The notes under the pieces are model-generated. The model was not told the origin of the DNA. It did not search any database and saw nothing but the letters and a program-made list of their open reading frames with translations. The position numbers and the translations under genes are program-made. DNA of 35,208 nt from an uncultured Bdellovibrionales bacterium (GTDB lineage Bacteria > Patescibacteriota > Minisyncoccia > Moranbacterales > UBA1568): contig CAYWVL010000003.1 of assembly GCA_964461975.1 (NCBI GenBank), positions 1-35,208 of the forward strand, given 5' to 3'. Each line of letters starts with the position of its first letter. Position 1 is the stretch's first letter. Positions 1-8,340 of the stretch are shown here, piece by piece.

Positions 1-1595
1 AGTTTCACATCTGCTACCGCCGTGTAGAAGTCTTTTTCTGCATCTTCATTGATCTCATCACGAACATGCTGTTCGGGACTATCCTCTTTTGGGCTCGCAT
101 TTCCAGACGGAGTCTCTGCACCCCTTCTGCCATGGTTATTTCGTCCAGACTGACTCCCCCTCTCCCCACGCTTCTGCAATCGCATCGTACCTCTCGCATG
201 ACTACGAGTCTTTCCTTGGCGCAACTCCGCAAGCACCATGGCAGCTGCCCTCAAAACCCCTAGATATTTGGTCAGGTAGCCGTAGAGCTCGGTCCTTTTG
301 TCACCAATCAGCTGAGCCTGCTCCCCCGCTGGCTCAAGGACCGTAAGCAGAGCTGGGTCAATTCTGCGTATCCTATCATCGATTTCATCGCCATTTACTT
401 CTCGGGCGAAATCCTGGTAACTCCCGCTCCTCTCCTGCATGACTTCTTCCCAGCGGCCAGTGCCGCCGAGTCGCTCGATTTCTCTGGCGACATCCGTTAA
501 ATCTGTTTGTGCCCATCTGATTGCATCAATCCAATCCTGGAGTGGGCGAACACTCTCTTTGTTCCATCCGTTTTGCTCCCACCACTTCTTGGATTGAAAA
601 TACTTCTCCATGCGCGCATCAAGCTCGCCATTAGCTTCAACTCCGTCTCTGACGGATTCAGTGGGCTTATTCCGATATCGGCTTTCGTTGCGGCCATCAT
701 CGCTTTGGGGCCGTCTTTTCGTATCTTCCTCACGCTGCCTCGGACGAACGACTCTCTTTTTTACCCCCCTATCGCTTCCTCCTTCGTCTTCAATCTCCTT
801 CTCTCTGCTGTCGTGCAACCGCTTCCACTCTTCCTGAACTTTTTTCAGACGCGGGTGAGGCTCCACCCAGGGCTCTGGCAGTTTGGCAACGATCTGCTTC
901 AACTGGTCCAACAACTCGAGTTTCTTGGCAGCTGTTTTTGGATTTCTCTCCGTCTCCATGGCCACCCAAGCATCGTCAAGAGCGCCAGCCTCTATAGAAA
1001 GTTTGCCCACTGCATCCGCCTGATCAAGCGCCTCGACAGAAAGCTCTTGGCCAGACTGCTCTCCTTCCTCCAGTACCTCGGCCAAAGCCTCGAATACCTG
1101 CTGGCAATCATGAAAAATATCATCGTACTCTCGCTCATAAACTGGCGTCCATTCCGCGTACCCGCCGGCCTGGCGCTGCACTTCAAAGTTCCGGAAGTCC
1201 ATCTGGCGCATCGGCTCACCTGGCTCAGCCCTCACTCCCGGCTTCAGCTCTTTGGTGAAGAGAACTGTCCAGACAGTTTTCCCATTTTCCTTCTTCTTCC
1301 TCACACCTTCGACCACCTCCCTCTCCCCGGTCTGGGGATTGGTAAATACGTCGCCTTTGCGAATCGCTCTCGCCGTAACCTCCGAATCGACTGACTCATC
1401 GGCCCCCGTAACCACTTCTTCGACTTTCTTTTTTACGATAGTTATCGGTTCCTTCGGCTCTTCAGGGGACATCTCCCCACGGGCATGCACTGCCTCGCCA
1501 GCGACCGGTTGCTCGTCGTTGGCAGCTGGCGACTTTTCCTGGGCAACGACCGGCAGCGTATCCGGAACGAAACGAAGCTGTTCTGATGAGGCCAT
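1..1595 (-). CDS. hypothetical acidic protein, 3' end cut by window edge (at least 531 codons)
   Basis: ATG at 1595..1593 follows an in-frame TAG at 1601..1599. I checked every codon of this frame down to position 3 and found no stop. It is missing from the supplied track, presumably because it has no stop inside the window. The listed + ORF 507..1394 is its antisense shadow. The translation (MASSEQLRFVPDTLPVVAQEK...) is rich in Glu/Asp/Lys/Arg. I see no TM segment, signal peptide or recognisable motif. Confidence 0.6.
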   Translation of the reverse strand, partial: MASSEQLRFVPDTLPVVAQEKSPAANDEQPVAGEAVHARGEMSPEEPKEPITIVKKKVEEVVTGADESVDSEVTARAIRKGDVFTNPQTGEREVVEGVRKKKENGKTVWTVLFTKELKPGVRAEPGEPMRQMDFRNFEVQRQAGGYAEWTPVYEREYDDIFHDCQQVFEALAEVLEEGEQSGQELSVEALDQADAVGKLSIEAGALDDAWVAMETERNPKTAAKKLELLDQLKQIVAKLPEPWVEPHPRLKKVQEEWKRLHDSREKEIEDEGGSDRGVKKRVVRPRQREEDTKRRPQSDDGRNESRYRNKPTESVRDGVEANGELDARMEKYFQSKKWWEQNGWNKESVRPLQDWIDAIRWAQTDLTDVAREIERLGGTGRWEEVMQERSGSYQDFAREVNGDEIDDRIRRIDPALLTVLEPAGEQAQLIGDKRTELYGYLTKYLGVLRAAAMVLAELRQGKTRSHARGTMRLQKRGERGSQSGRNNHGRRGAETPSGNASPKEDSPEQHVRDEINEDAEKDFYTAVADVK

Positions 1596-1670
1596 ACCCT
1601 AGCGATTCAATGCAAAAAATAGCGGCTGCCAAAGTCTTCGGTGATGCACTAGTCGAGAACTCGGAGCCAA

Positions 1671-1679
1671 TGGTATAAT
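1671..1679 (+). promoter_or_regulatory. extended -10 promoter element (TGgTATAAT) for the GT-C gene pair
   Basis: TGGTATAAT at 1671..1679 is a perfect TATAAT with the upstream TG. It lies 28 nt before the ATG at 1708, inside the 112-nt divergent intergenic region. There is no good -35, which extended -10 promoters tolerate. Confidence 0.5.
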
Positions 1680-1707
1680 TTTATCACACAAACCAAACAA
1701 AAACTCC

Positions 1708-3333
1708 ATGTCGCCGTATCCGACGCCGGACAAACCGGACTACTCATTCCGCCGATTGCTCGGCATCGTGCTCCTCTTCGCTATTATTTCGATCGCACTC
1801 TTCGTGCGCGTCTACGACATCGACCGCATCCCTGGCGGCCTCTACCCGGATGAAGCCGTCAACGGCATCGATGCCCTCCGAGCCATCGAGACCGGAGAGT
1901 ATCAGCTCTTCTACCCCAACAACTACGGCCGCGAAGGCCTCTTCATCAACCTCCAGGCGCTCGCGGTCAAGTACTTCGGCAACACGGTCCCGGTGCTCAA
2001 GTTCTGGTCGGCTATCTTTGGGACCCTCGCCGTCCTCGGCATCTACCTCCTCGGGAAAGAACTCTTCCAGCGCCGTGCTGCGGGTCTCATTGCCGCCTTT
2101 CTCTTGGCCACATCCTTCTGGGCCATCAATTTCTCCCGGATCGGCTTCCGGGCCATCATGGTGACCTGCCTCCTCACCTTCGCTTTTTACTTCTTCTGGA
2201 AGGGCCTCCGTACCGAGCGCGTCCGCACCTTCTTGCTTGCCGGTCTCATCTTCGGCATCGGCGTCCACACCTACGTCGCCTATCGCCTGGCGCCCCTCAT
2301 CCTCATCGCGCTTCTCCCCTTCCTCATCCTCTCCTACGAACACTTCCTCAAGCGCTTCTGGAAGCATGGTCTGGCCTTCATCCTCGGCGCTGCGATAGCT
2401 GCCGCACCCCTCGTCTATGAGTTTACCGCCCACCCCGAGTACTTGTCCTCGCGCACCGGGGCCGTCTCGATCTTCTCGCCTGAAGTGAATCGGGGCGACT
2501 TCTGGGGGACCTTTGCCAAGACACTCGGCCTCTCGCTCATCAAGTACAACTTCTGGGGCGATCAGAACTGGCGGCACAACTACCCGCCGTACCCTATCCT
2601 CGATCCATTCACCGGCATCTTCTTCCTCGCTGGCTTCGGTTACCTCTGGTATGACTTGGTGAAGCGGCTCGGCCGGCGGTTCCGAGAACGCGTGCGCGAT
2701 CCGGCCATAGCCCGTTCGGCTTTCCTCCTCATCGCGTTCTTTGTGATGCTCATGCCGGAATTCCTCACGGAGGAGGGGCTCCCTCATGCCCTGCGGGCTA
2801 TCGGCACCCAGGCGCCGGTCTTCCTCATGGCGACGATAGCCATCATGGGGCTGGTAAAATATGCCACTCGCTCGATGCTCGGCCTCCGGCTTGCGCTCCT
2901 CTCGCTCCTCTTTGTCGCTCTCTTCGGCGGCGCTCTTATCAACCTCACCAAGTACTTCGTCTATTTCGCGGACAGTCCAACCCAGATGGGAGCGTTCAAC
3001 AAGAATTATCGCAATATGGCGGAGTATCTCATGGCGCTCCCGCCGGAGAAGATCAAGTACGTGGTCCCCAATGGCGGCGGCAAGATGATGGATAACAATC
3101 TCCCAGTTTCCGCCCAGCCGATACTCTTCCTCACCCATGGCAAAGCCGAAAATATCGTCTTCCTCACCGATGAGACTCCCATCAAGCTCGGGAAGCAGAA
3201 CATCATCGTCTTCATGCATCATGACGAGTCGCTCATCGCGCGGGTAGAGAAAAAAATAGTCGGATCTTCCCGTGAAACTGTCGACCTCGCGCCCGGGACG
3301 GGCAGCGAATTCACCATCGTCCGGCTCCCTTAG
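1708..3333 (+). CDS. GT-C fold membrane glycosyltransferase (PMT_2 / ArnT / GT39-like, polyprenyl-phosphate-sugar dependent)
   Basis: 541 aa and polytopic (many hydrophobic helices). It has an Asp-Glu motif in the first extracytoplasmic loop (GGLYPDEAVNG) after TM1, as in PMT/ArnT enzymes, plus a soluble C-terminal domain. Confidence 0.85.
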   Translation: MSPYPTPDKPDYSFRRLLGIVLLFAIISIALFVRVYDIDRIPGGLYPDEAVNGIDALRAIETGEYQLFYPNNYGREGLFINLQALAVKYFGNTVPVLKFWSAIFGTLAVLGIYLLGKELFQRRAAGLIAAFLLATSFWAINFSRIGFRAIMVTCLLTFAFYFFWKGLRTERVRTFLLAGLIFGIGVHTYVAYRLAPLILIALLPFLILSYEHFLKRFWKHGLAFILGAAIAAAPLVYEFTAHPEYLSSRTGAVSIFSPEVNRGDFWGTFAKTLGLSLIKYNFWGDQNWRHNYPPYPILDPFTGIFFLAGFGYLWYDLVKRLGRRFRERVRDPAIARSAFLLIAFFVMLMPEFLTEEGLPHALRAIGTQAPVFLMATIAIMGLVKYATRSMLGLRLALLSLLFVALFGGALINLTKYFVYFADSPTQMGAFNKNYRNMAEYLMALPPEKIKYVVPNGGGKMMDNNLPVSAQPILFLTHGKAENIVFLTDETPIKLGKQNIIVFMHHDESLIARVEKKIVGSSRETVDLAPGTGSEFTIVRLP

Positions 3334-3361
3334 TTCATTAATCTCATCAATTGAGCTCCCT

Positions 3362-5275
3362 ATGGAACACCTCAAACGCCTCGCACCCAAGCTCCTCGCC
3401 TTGATGATGGTCGTCTTCTTCGTCCTCTCGCTCCTCGTCTCGCACCAGGAGTCGACGACCATGGACGAGAAAGCGCATATTCCGGCTGGCTACAGCTACG
3501 TCAAGTACCAGGATATGCGCATCAACCCGGAGCATCCGCCCCTCCTCAAGGATCTCGCCGGGCTGCCGCTCCTCTTCCTCTCCCCCGAACCGGTGATGCC
3601 CAAGACCGATCCGCTCTGGGAGAGCGGCGATTGGCTCGACCCGGCCAAGTTTCCCGAGAGCGAAGGCAAGGCGCGGACCTGGGGACTCGCCCAGTGGGCC
3701 TTTGGCGACAAGATCCTCCACGAGAACGGCAATAATGCCGACTCAATCACCTTCTGGTCTCGGTTCCCCATGATCTTCGTCTCTCTCCTCCTCGGATTTT
3801 TCATCTTCCGCTGGACACGCGAACTCGCTGGCACGATCGCCGGCCTCTTCGCTGCCCTCCTCTACTTCGCCAACCCCAACATCATCGCGCATAGTCACTA
3901 TGTCACAACCGACGTCGGCATCGCTGCCTTCATCTTCATCTCGTTCTACTACTTCGCCCGTTTCCTGCGCGATCCGAGCTGGAAGAACACCCTATTGTCT
4001 GGACTCTTCCTCGGATTGGCGCAGCTGGCGAAGTTTTCGGCAGTCCTCCTCTTTCCGATTTTTGGGATGTTTGCGGTCATCGCCGGACTCCTGGTAACGG
4101 TCCCGGCACTCCCCGGCGCTTGGAAAACCCGCCTCAGGAATGCCTTCACCTACGGACTCAAGTACGCCGTGAGCGTCTTGGTCTGTTTCGTGGCAGTCTG
4201 GGTGCTCTATGTCCCCAATACGTGGCAGATGCCGGGTGAAGTCATCGCCGAAATCGCCCGCGCCCAGTTCCCCAATGATCGGGCTATCGGGAGGGTGGCG
4301 GAGGCAAGCGTCGTCTGGATGAGCAGTGTCCCAGTCATCAAGCCGCTCGCCGAGTACTTCCTCGGGCTCTTCATGGTCTTTGCCCGGGTCGCCGGTGGCA
4401 ACACCTATTACTTCCTCGGCGGCGTCTCCAACCAGGCCTCCATGTGGTACTTCCCGGTCGTCTACCTCCTCAAAGAGACGCTCCCGATGCTCTTCCTCAT
4501 CGTAGCGACTGCCGGGTACTCCATGTGGCGCGCCGCCCGATCGCTCATTCGAGAGAAAGCCTCCAGCTGGATCGGAACTGCGTTACGAGAACTCAAGGAT
4601 CGGCTGGCCCAGGCCATGATGCTCTTCTTCATCCTCTTCTACAGCTATGTCAGCATCACCGGGAATCTCAATATCGGGTTTCGACATCTCTTCCCGATCC
4701 TCCCCTTCATCTATGTCCTCGTAGCCAAGGTGACATTCGACGTCCTGCGGCGACTGGAGGATGAGCCTGTCACGGAGCGGCTCTACCGGATCGCTATCGG
4801 TACGCTTGTAGCCATCATCATCGCCATCCCGGTACTTGCCTACCCGAGCTACCTCTCGTACTTCAACGCGGTCGGCGGCGGCCATACCGAGGGCTACCGC
4901 TTCGTCACCGACTCCAACTATGACTGGGGCCAGGACCTGAAGCGGCTCGGCCAATTCGTAGAACAACACAACAAGTGTGTCGAGACGAATCAGCTCGTGC
5001 CAGGCTGCCAGGCCACCGATGGCTACCCGGTGATCGATGGTATCCGCGTCGACTACTTCGGTGGTTCCAATCCCCGCTACCATTTGGGCGACAAATACAT
5101 CCCTTGGAGCTCGCATCGGGCGCCGGAGTCAGGTTGGTATGCCATCTCGATCGGCTTCCTCATGGAAAACCTCCACAAGACGCATGCGCCGGGTGAGCAG
5201 CACTACGATTGGCTCCGTGACGTCGCTCCCGTGACGCGCGTCGGTGATTCCATCTTCGTCTTCTACCGGCCCTAA
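3362..5275 (+). CDS. GT-C fold membrane glycosyltransferase (PMT_2 / GT39-like), second tandem copy
   Basis: The track ORF starts at 3272 but overlaps the previous gene. The ATG at 3362 (MEHLKRLAPKLLALMMVVFF...) lies 28 nt after the upstream stop. Supporting motifs are the loop-1 DE motif (TTMDEKAHIPAGYSY), INPEHPPLLKDLAGLPL and a C-terminal DSNYDWGQDL motif. The protein is polytopic. Confidence 0.8.
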   Translation: MEHLKRLAPKLLALMMVVFFVLSLLVSHQESTTMDEKAHIPAGYSYVKYQDMRINPEHPPLLKDLAGLPLLFLSPEPVMPKTDPLWESGDWLDPAKFPESEGKARTWGLAQWAFGDKILHENGNNADSITFWSRFPMIFVSLLLGFFIFRWTRELAGTIAGLFAALLYFANPNIIAHSHYVTTDVGIAAFIFISFYYFARFLRDPSWKNTLLSGLFLGLAQLAKFSAVLLFPIFGMFAVIAGLLVTVPALPGAWKTRLRNAFTYGLKYAVSVLVCFVAVWVLYVPNTWQMPGEVIAEIARAQFPNDRAIGRVAEASVVWMSSVPVIKPLAEYFLGLFMVFARVAGGNTYYFLGGVSNQASMWYFPVVYLLKETLPMLFLIVATAGYSMWRAARSLIREKASSWIGTALRELKDRLAQAMMLFFILFYSYVSITGNLNIGFRHLFPILPFIYVLVAKVTFDVLRRLEDEPVTERLYRIAIGTLVAIIIAIPVLAYPSYLSYFNAVGGGHTEGYRFVTDSNYDWGQDLKRLGQFVEQHNKCVETNQLVPGCQATDGYPVIDGIRVDYFGGSNPRYHLGDKYIPWSSHRAPESGWYAISIGFLMENLHKTHAPGEQHYDWLRDVAPVTRVGDSIFVFYRP

Positions 5276-5310
5276 CCTCGAGCATCTCGCGAGCGCGGCA
5301 GATAGCAAGC

Positions 5311-5350
5311 AAAGAGGCCTACTCTCGGGCCTCTTTCTTCTTTTTCGTTT
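5311..5350 (+). terminator. rho-independent terminator for the GT-C pair
   Basis: A perfect 9-bp stem (AAAGAGGCC 5311..5319 with GGCCTCTTT 5328..5336) and an 8-nt loop are followed by CTTCTTTTTCGTTTTT. It overlaps the last codons of the convergent ftsQ-like gene. Confidence 0.55.
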
Positions 5351-6284
5351 TTGGCTTCTCCGGTTCGGATTCAGCAGGCTCCGCGGCCTTAGGTTCGGAA
5401 GCTTCCCCGGTCGCCTGATTGAGTTCTGAATAGAAGATCCTTCCCGGGACGCGAGCATCCACGAGCATCAATGGATTCGCCTGCGCCTCATTTCCGGCAC
5501 GGCTTTCCAGGAAAGACGACAGCACAGAGAGTGTTTCCTCAACCGGGATTTCGGTGCTGACGAGGAGCGTCCAGCCGACATCTGTGACCAGGCGCAATTC
5601 ACGCGAGAAGTGGGAGGCTGTCGATGCCTCCTGTCGCAGTCGGAGGTTGAGCCGGGCAGGCATGGAGTCAAAGAGCGCTTCAAAATGCCGGAGGTATTCG
5701 ATGCCCTCGAACGGCTCCCCTACATGCACCGGGAGCGCGCTCGTATCCACGATGACACGGCGCTCTGTGGCATACATTTCAAACAGCGCCCGATCGTTCG
5801 CGAAGGCCCGACCCTCTTCATCGAGGAGGTAGCAGGGCCCTCCGCTGCACCAAAGAAGGAGGGTCGGCCGTTCGGTCACGTTGATCTCGAGCCGGCGCGG
5901 AAAGACCGGTCGAACACTGACTGATTTGATGAGCGGATAGGCGTCGCGAAGCGCTGCTTCGATATCGCGCGTCGGGAGGAATAAATAATTTCGTCGCGAA
6001 AAGAGGCCAAGCGTCTTCCCGGAAAGGGCCGCTTCTACGGTGTGTTCGATGCGCATGCCAGACAGACGCTCCTCACCGCTCGCCGAGATCTCGGTGATTT
6101 CGAGCAGCGGACTCGCCAAGAAGAGATAAGCCGCTACTCCGACGAATATCCCCCAGAGGAAAAAGAGTGGGTACGGAGAGCGGGCGCGGAACCCGACGCT
6201 CCGGTCGATGCCCTTTTTGTCGCCACCGGCGCGCCGAGCGAGCGCTTGACGGAAGAGGCGATCATGGCTGGGTGATACGGCCAT
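5319..6284 (-). CDS. ftsQ: cell division protein FtsQ/DivIB-like (POTRA domain)
   Basis: The ATG at 6284 is residue 193 of the 513-aa track ORF. The longer version overlaps holB. The protein has a short basic N-terminus, one TM (YPLFFLWGIFVGVAAYLFLA), then a POTRA-like segment (ITEISASGEERLSGMRIEHTV...INVTERPTLLLW) and a Lys/Glu/Pro-rich tail. Confidence 0.7.
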   Translation of the reverse strand: MAVSPSHDRLFRQALARRAGGDKKGIDRSVGFRARSPYPLFFLWGIFVGVAAYLFLASPLLEITEISASGEERLSGMRIEHTVEAALSGKTLGLFSRRNYLFLPTRDIEAALRDAYPLIKSVSVRPVFPRRLEINVTERPTLLLWCSGGPCYLLDEEGRAFANDRALFEMYATERRVIVDTSALPVHVGEPFEGIEYLRHFEALFDSMPARLNLRLRQEASTASHFSRELRLVTDVGWTLLVSTEIPVEETLSVLSSFLESRAGNEAQANPLMLVDARVPGRIFYSELNQATGEASEPKAAEPAESEPEKPKTKKKKEARE

Positions 6285-6294
6285 ACGGGATTCT

Positions 6295-7173
6295 TTATGG
6301 GAAAGCGAGGAAGAGCTTCTCGAGCGCGAGCCGTGCCGCGCCTTCGCCTCGGACGAGTTGGCGGAACGTCGTGAGTGTCGTTTCGATAAGTGCATAGCGC
6401 GCGCGAGCCTCCGCTTCTCGGTTGCGAGCCTGAAACGTGAGGCCGAGAATCCAGATCTCGAGCATATTCTGAGCGAGCTGCTCGTTGCGAGCGAGCGTCT
6501 CGGCCAACGCCATCCGTTCCCGAAGCGGCAGCTTGGAGATTTGGAAAAGCTGCCGCAAGAGTTCCTTCTTCTCGGCAAAGTCCGCGCGAGAGCGTCCGGC
6601 GTCCACGATGATGCCAGGCAAACCGAGGTCAAAAAAGAATTGCGGCACCTCCGCAGCTTCGGGAACCGCCTGACGCAGCTCCTCTGGAGCCACCGGCCGA
6701 AAGGCGACCGGAAACAACCGGGACCGGAGCGTGGGAAGCAGTCCTCCGGGTTCGGCCGTAACAAGGATGAGCGCGCTTGCCGATGGCGGCTCTTCGAGCA
6801 CTTTGAGGAGCGCATTGGCAGCCGATGGATGCAGCTTCTCGGCCTGATCGATGATGGCAACCCGGCGTCGGCCGGCGGCCGGCGAGAGCGAGAGGAACCG
6901 TTTCATCTCGCGGATCGCCTCGATGGGTATGGGGCGTTCGCGCTCCTTCTTTTCGGTCGTGATGATCTCCGGTTCGATGACGAGGAGATCCCCATCGTAA
7001 CCTGGCACTTCCCCAATGAGCTCCCAAGCGAAGGCTTCAGCGACAGAGCGTTTCCCCACATGCCGAGGTCCGGCGAAGAGGTAGCTCTGCGGCGGCTCTT
7101 TGAGCCTGGCCAAGCGTCCGAGTATCGCTCGGATTTCGGCATGCCCGATGATGCGTGAGTGTGTGTCGTTCAT
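6295..7173 (-). CDS. holB: DNA polymerase III subunit delta-prime
   Basis: It shows the AAA+ clamp-loader pattern: SYLFAGPRHVGKRS (P-loop-like), AIIDQAEKL (Walker B-like), ANALLKVLEEPP and TLRSRL (sensor). Confidence 0.8.
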   Translation of the reverse strand: MNDTHSRIIGHAEIRAILGRLARLKEPPQSYLFAGPRHVGKRSVAEAFAWELIGEVPGYDGDLLVIEPEIITTEKKERERPIPIEAIREMKRFLSLSPAAGRRRVAIIDQAEKLHPSAANALLKVLEEPPSASALILVTAEPGGLLPTLRSRLFPVAFRPVAPEELRQAVPEAAEVPQFFFDLGLPGIIVDAGRSRADFAEKKELLRQLFQISKLPLRERMALAETLARNEQLAQNMLEIWILGLTFQARNREAEARARYALIETTLTTFRQLVRGEGAARLALEKLFLAFP

Positions 7174-8261
7174 GCGCTCAAGTGTTGGCGGATCTCCGCT
7201 TCGAAACGCGCCCGTGAAAAGCGCTGCACCGATTGGAGCATCTGCGTTCGATCATACTTCGACTCGCTTTCCCGGAATCTCCGCACGCCATCAGCCACCG
7301 CTTCCGGCACAAGATCGTCGAAAAGTTCTCCCGTCTGACCCGGGACGACGAGCTCCGGACTCGATCCGTGGGCATACGCGATGACTGGCGTCCCAGAGGC
7401 GAGCGCTTCGGCCATAGAGAGACCGAAGTCCTCTTCGCTTGCCTGGATCAAGGCGCGCGACCCGGCATAGAGCGCGACGAGCTCCGCGTCGCCGACGGCT
7501 CCGACGAAACGGATATGGGGCTCGGCCATATGCCGGAGCGCCGCGGCTTCCGGTCCAGTCCCGACGATTACGAGGGGCAGCTTGAGCTTATTGAACGCCT
7601 CGACGATGGTATCAACATGTTTGGAGCGGACCAATCGTCCGACGACCAAGAACCCGTCTCGCGCGGTCTCCGATTGCTTCGCCTCACCCAGCACAACCGG
7701 CGGATACACGAGCGCCGCCTCGCGGCGATAGTATTTGGCAACCCGCTGCCGCGTGTATTCGGAATTGACGAGGAGCTGATCCGGCCGATCGGCGGCCTCG
7801 CGATCCCACAGCCGGTAATAGCTCATGAGGAGCCGCTTGAGGAGCTGGGCTCCGGTCTGGAGTTCCGGATGCGTGTGAAAGGTATCCCACGCATAGCGCA
7901 TGGGCGAGTGAAGATAGGCGATATGCCGGGTATGGAGCCGGGTGACGAGTCCCTTCATCCACGCGCCCGACGACGAAAGCACGGTAGCGTAGTCCCGCAA
8001 GTCGAGTGTCTCCACCGCGACCGGGTACATGGCCCGTCCCAAGGCCGAGTGCCGGAGCCATCGCGGGAGGCGCTGGAGGAACGACGCCCGGATCTCGCGC
8101 CCCGGGAAATACTCCTCCACGAAGCGCGGCTCATAGTAGAGCGTATAGATGGGCGCCTCCGGGTACATATCGGCCATCACCCGGAAGACGCGCTCCGCCC
8201 CGCCCCAGGTAACGAGGAAGTCATGCGCCAAAGCTATCTTGCGCGGGTTGTTTTCAGACAT
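7170..8261 (-). CDS. glycosyltransferase family 4 (GT-B, Glycos_transf_1)
   Basis: The ATG at 8261 gives MSENNPRKIALAHDFLVTWGGAERVF. There is an EX7E motif (EEDFGLSMAEALASGTPVIA). Its stop overlaps the holB start in an ATGA arrangement at 7170..7173. Confidence 0.85.
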   Translation of the reverse strand: MSENNPRKIALAHDFLVTWGGAERVFRVMADMYPEAPIYTLYYEPRFVEEYFPGREIRASFLQRLPRWLRHSALGRAMYPVAVETLDLRDYATVLSSSGAWMKGLVTRLHTRHIAYLHSPMRYAWDTFHTHPELQTGAQLLKRLLMSYYRLWDREAADRPDQLLVNSEYTRQRVAKYYRREAALVYPPVVLGEAKQSETARDGFLVVGRLVRSKHVDTIVEAFNKLKLPLVIVGTGPEAAALRHMAEPHIRFVGAVGDAELVALYAGSRALIQASEEDFGLSMAEALASGTPVIAYAHGSSPELVVPGQTGELFDDLVPEAVADGVRRFRESESKYDRTQMLQSVQRFSRARFEAEIRQHLSA

Positions 8262-8270
8262 AGCAGGAAA

Positions 8271-8300
8271 TTGACAATATAGAAGTGCTTTGGTTAGAGT
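8271..8300 (+). promoter_or_regulatory. candidate promoter for the small plus-strand ORF
   Basis: A perfect -35 TTGACA (8271..8276) is followed by an 18-nt spacer and -10 TAGAGT (8295..8300). Confidence 0.4.
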
Positions 8301-8305
8301 ACGCT

Positions 8306-8323
8306 GTTCGCACCGTTGCGAAC
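8306..8323. repeat. 18-bp perfect palindrome / hairpin GTTCGCA-CCGT-TGCGAAC
   Basis: The 7-bp arms at 8306..8312 and 8317..8323 sit at the predicted +1 of the candidate promoter, 18 nt before the ATG at 8341. Confidence 0.4.
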
Positions 8324-8340
8324 GAAACAAAGGGACAAGA

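Noticed and set aside
507-1394. 295-aa plus-strand ORF at the left end.
   Set aside because: It has Leu/Ser/Pro-rich low-complexity composition. It lies antisense to the long open minus-strand frame 1..1595, which has a clean start context and protein-like composition.
1744-3462. 572-aa minus-strand ORF overlapping the first GT-C gene.
   Set aside because: It is antisense to a convincing polytopic glycosyltransferase. Its Glu/Asp/Arg/Gly-rich composition is the mirror image of hydrophobic codons. GC3-rich sequence leaves antisense frames free of stops.
5319-6860. 513-aa version of the ftsQ-like ORF.
   Set aside because: The first 192 codons overlap holB in another frame and are Arg/Ser-rich junk. 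The ATG at 6284 starts just after the holB stop and gives a normal FtsQ architecture.
7233-8282. 349-aa plus ORF opposite the GT4 gene. Similar cases are 9722..10579 opposite mreB, 11361..12227 opposite murA, 13450..14184 opposite the SDR and 16276..17208 opposite the deacylase homolog.
   Set aside because: These are antisense shadows of well-supported genes, with Arg/Asp/Gly/His-rich non-protein-like composition.
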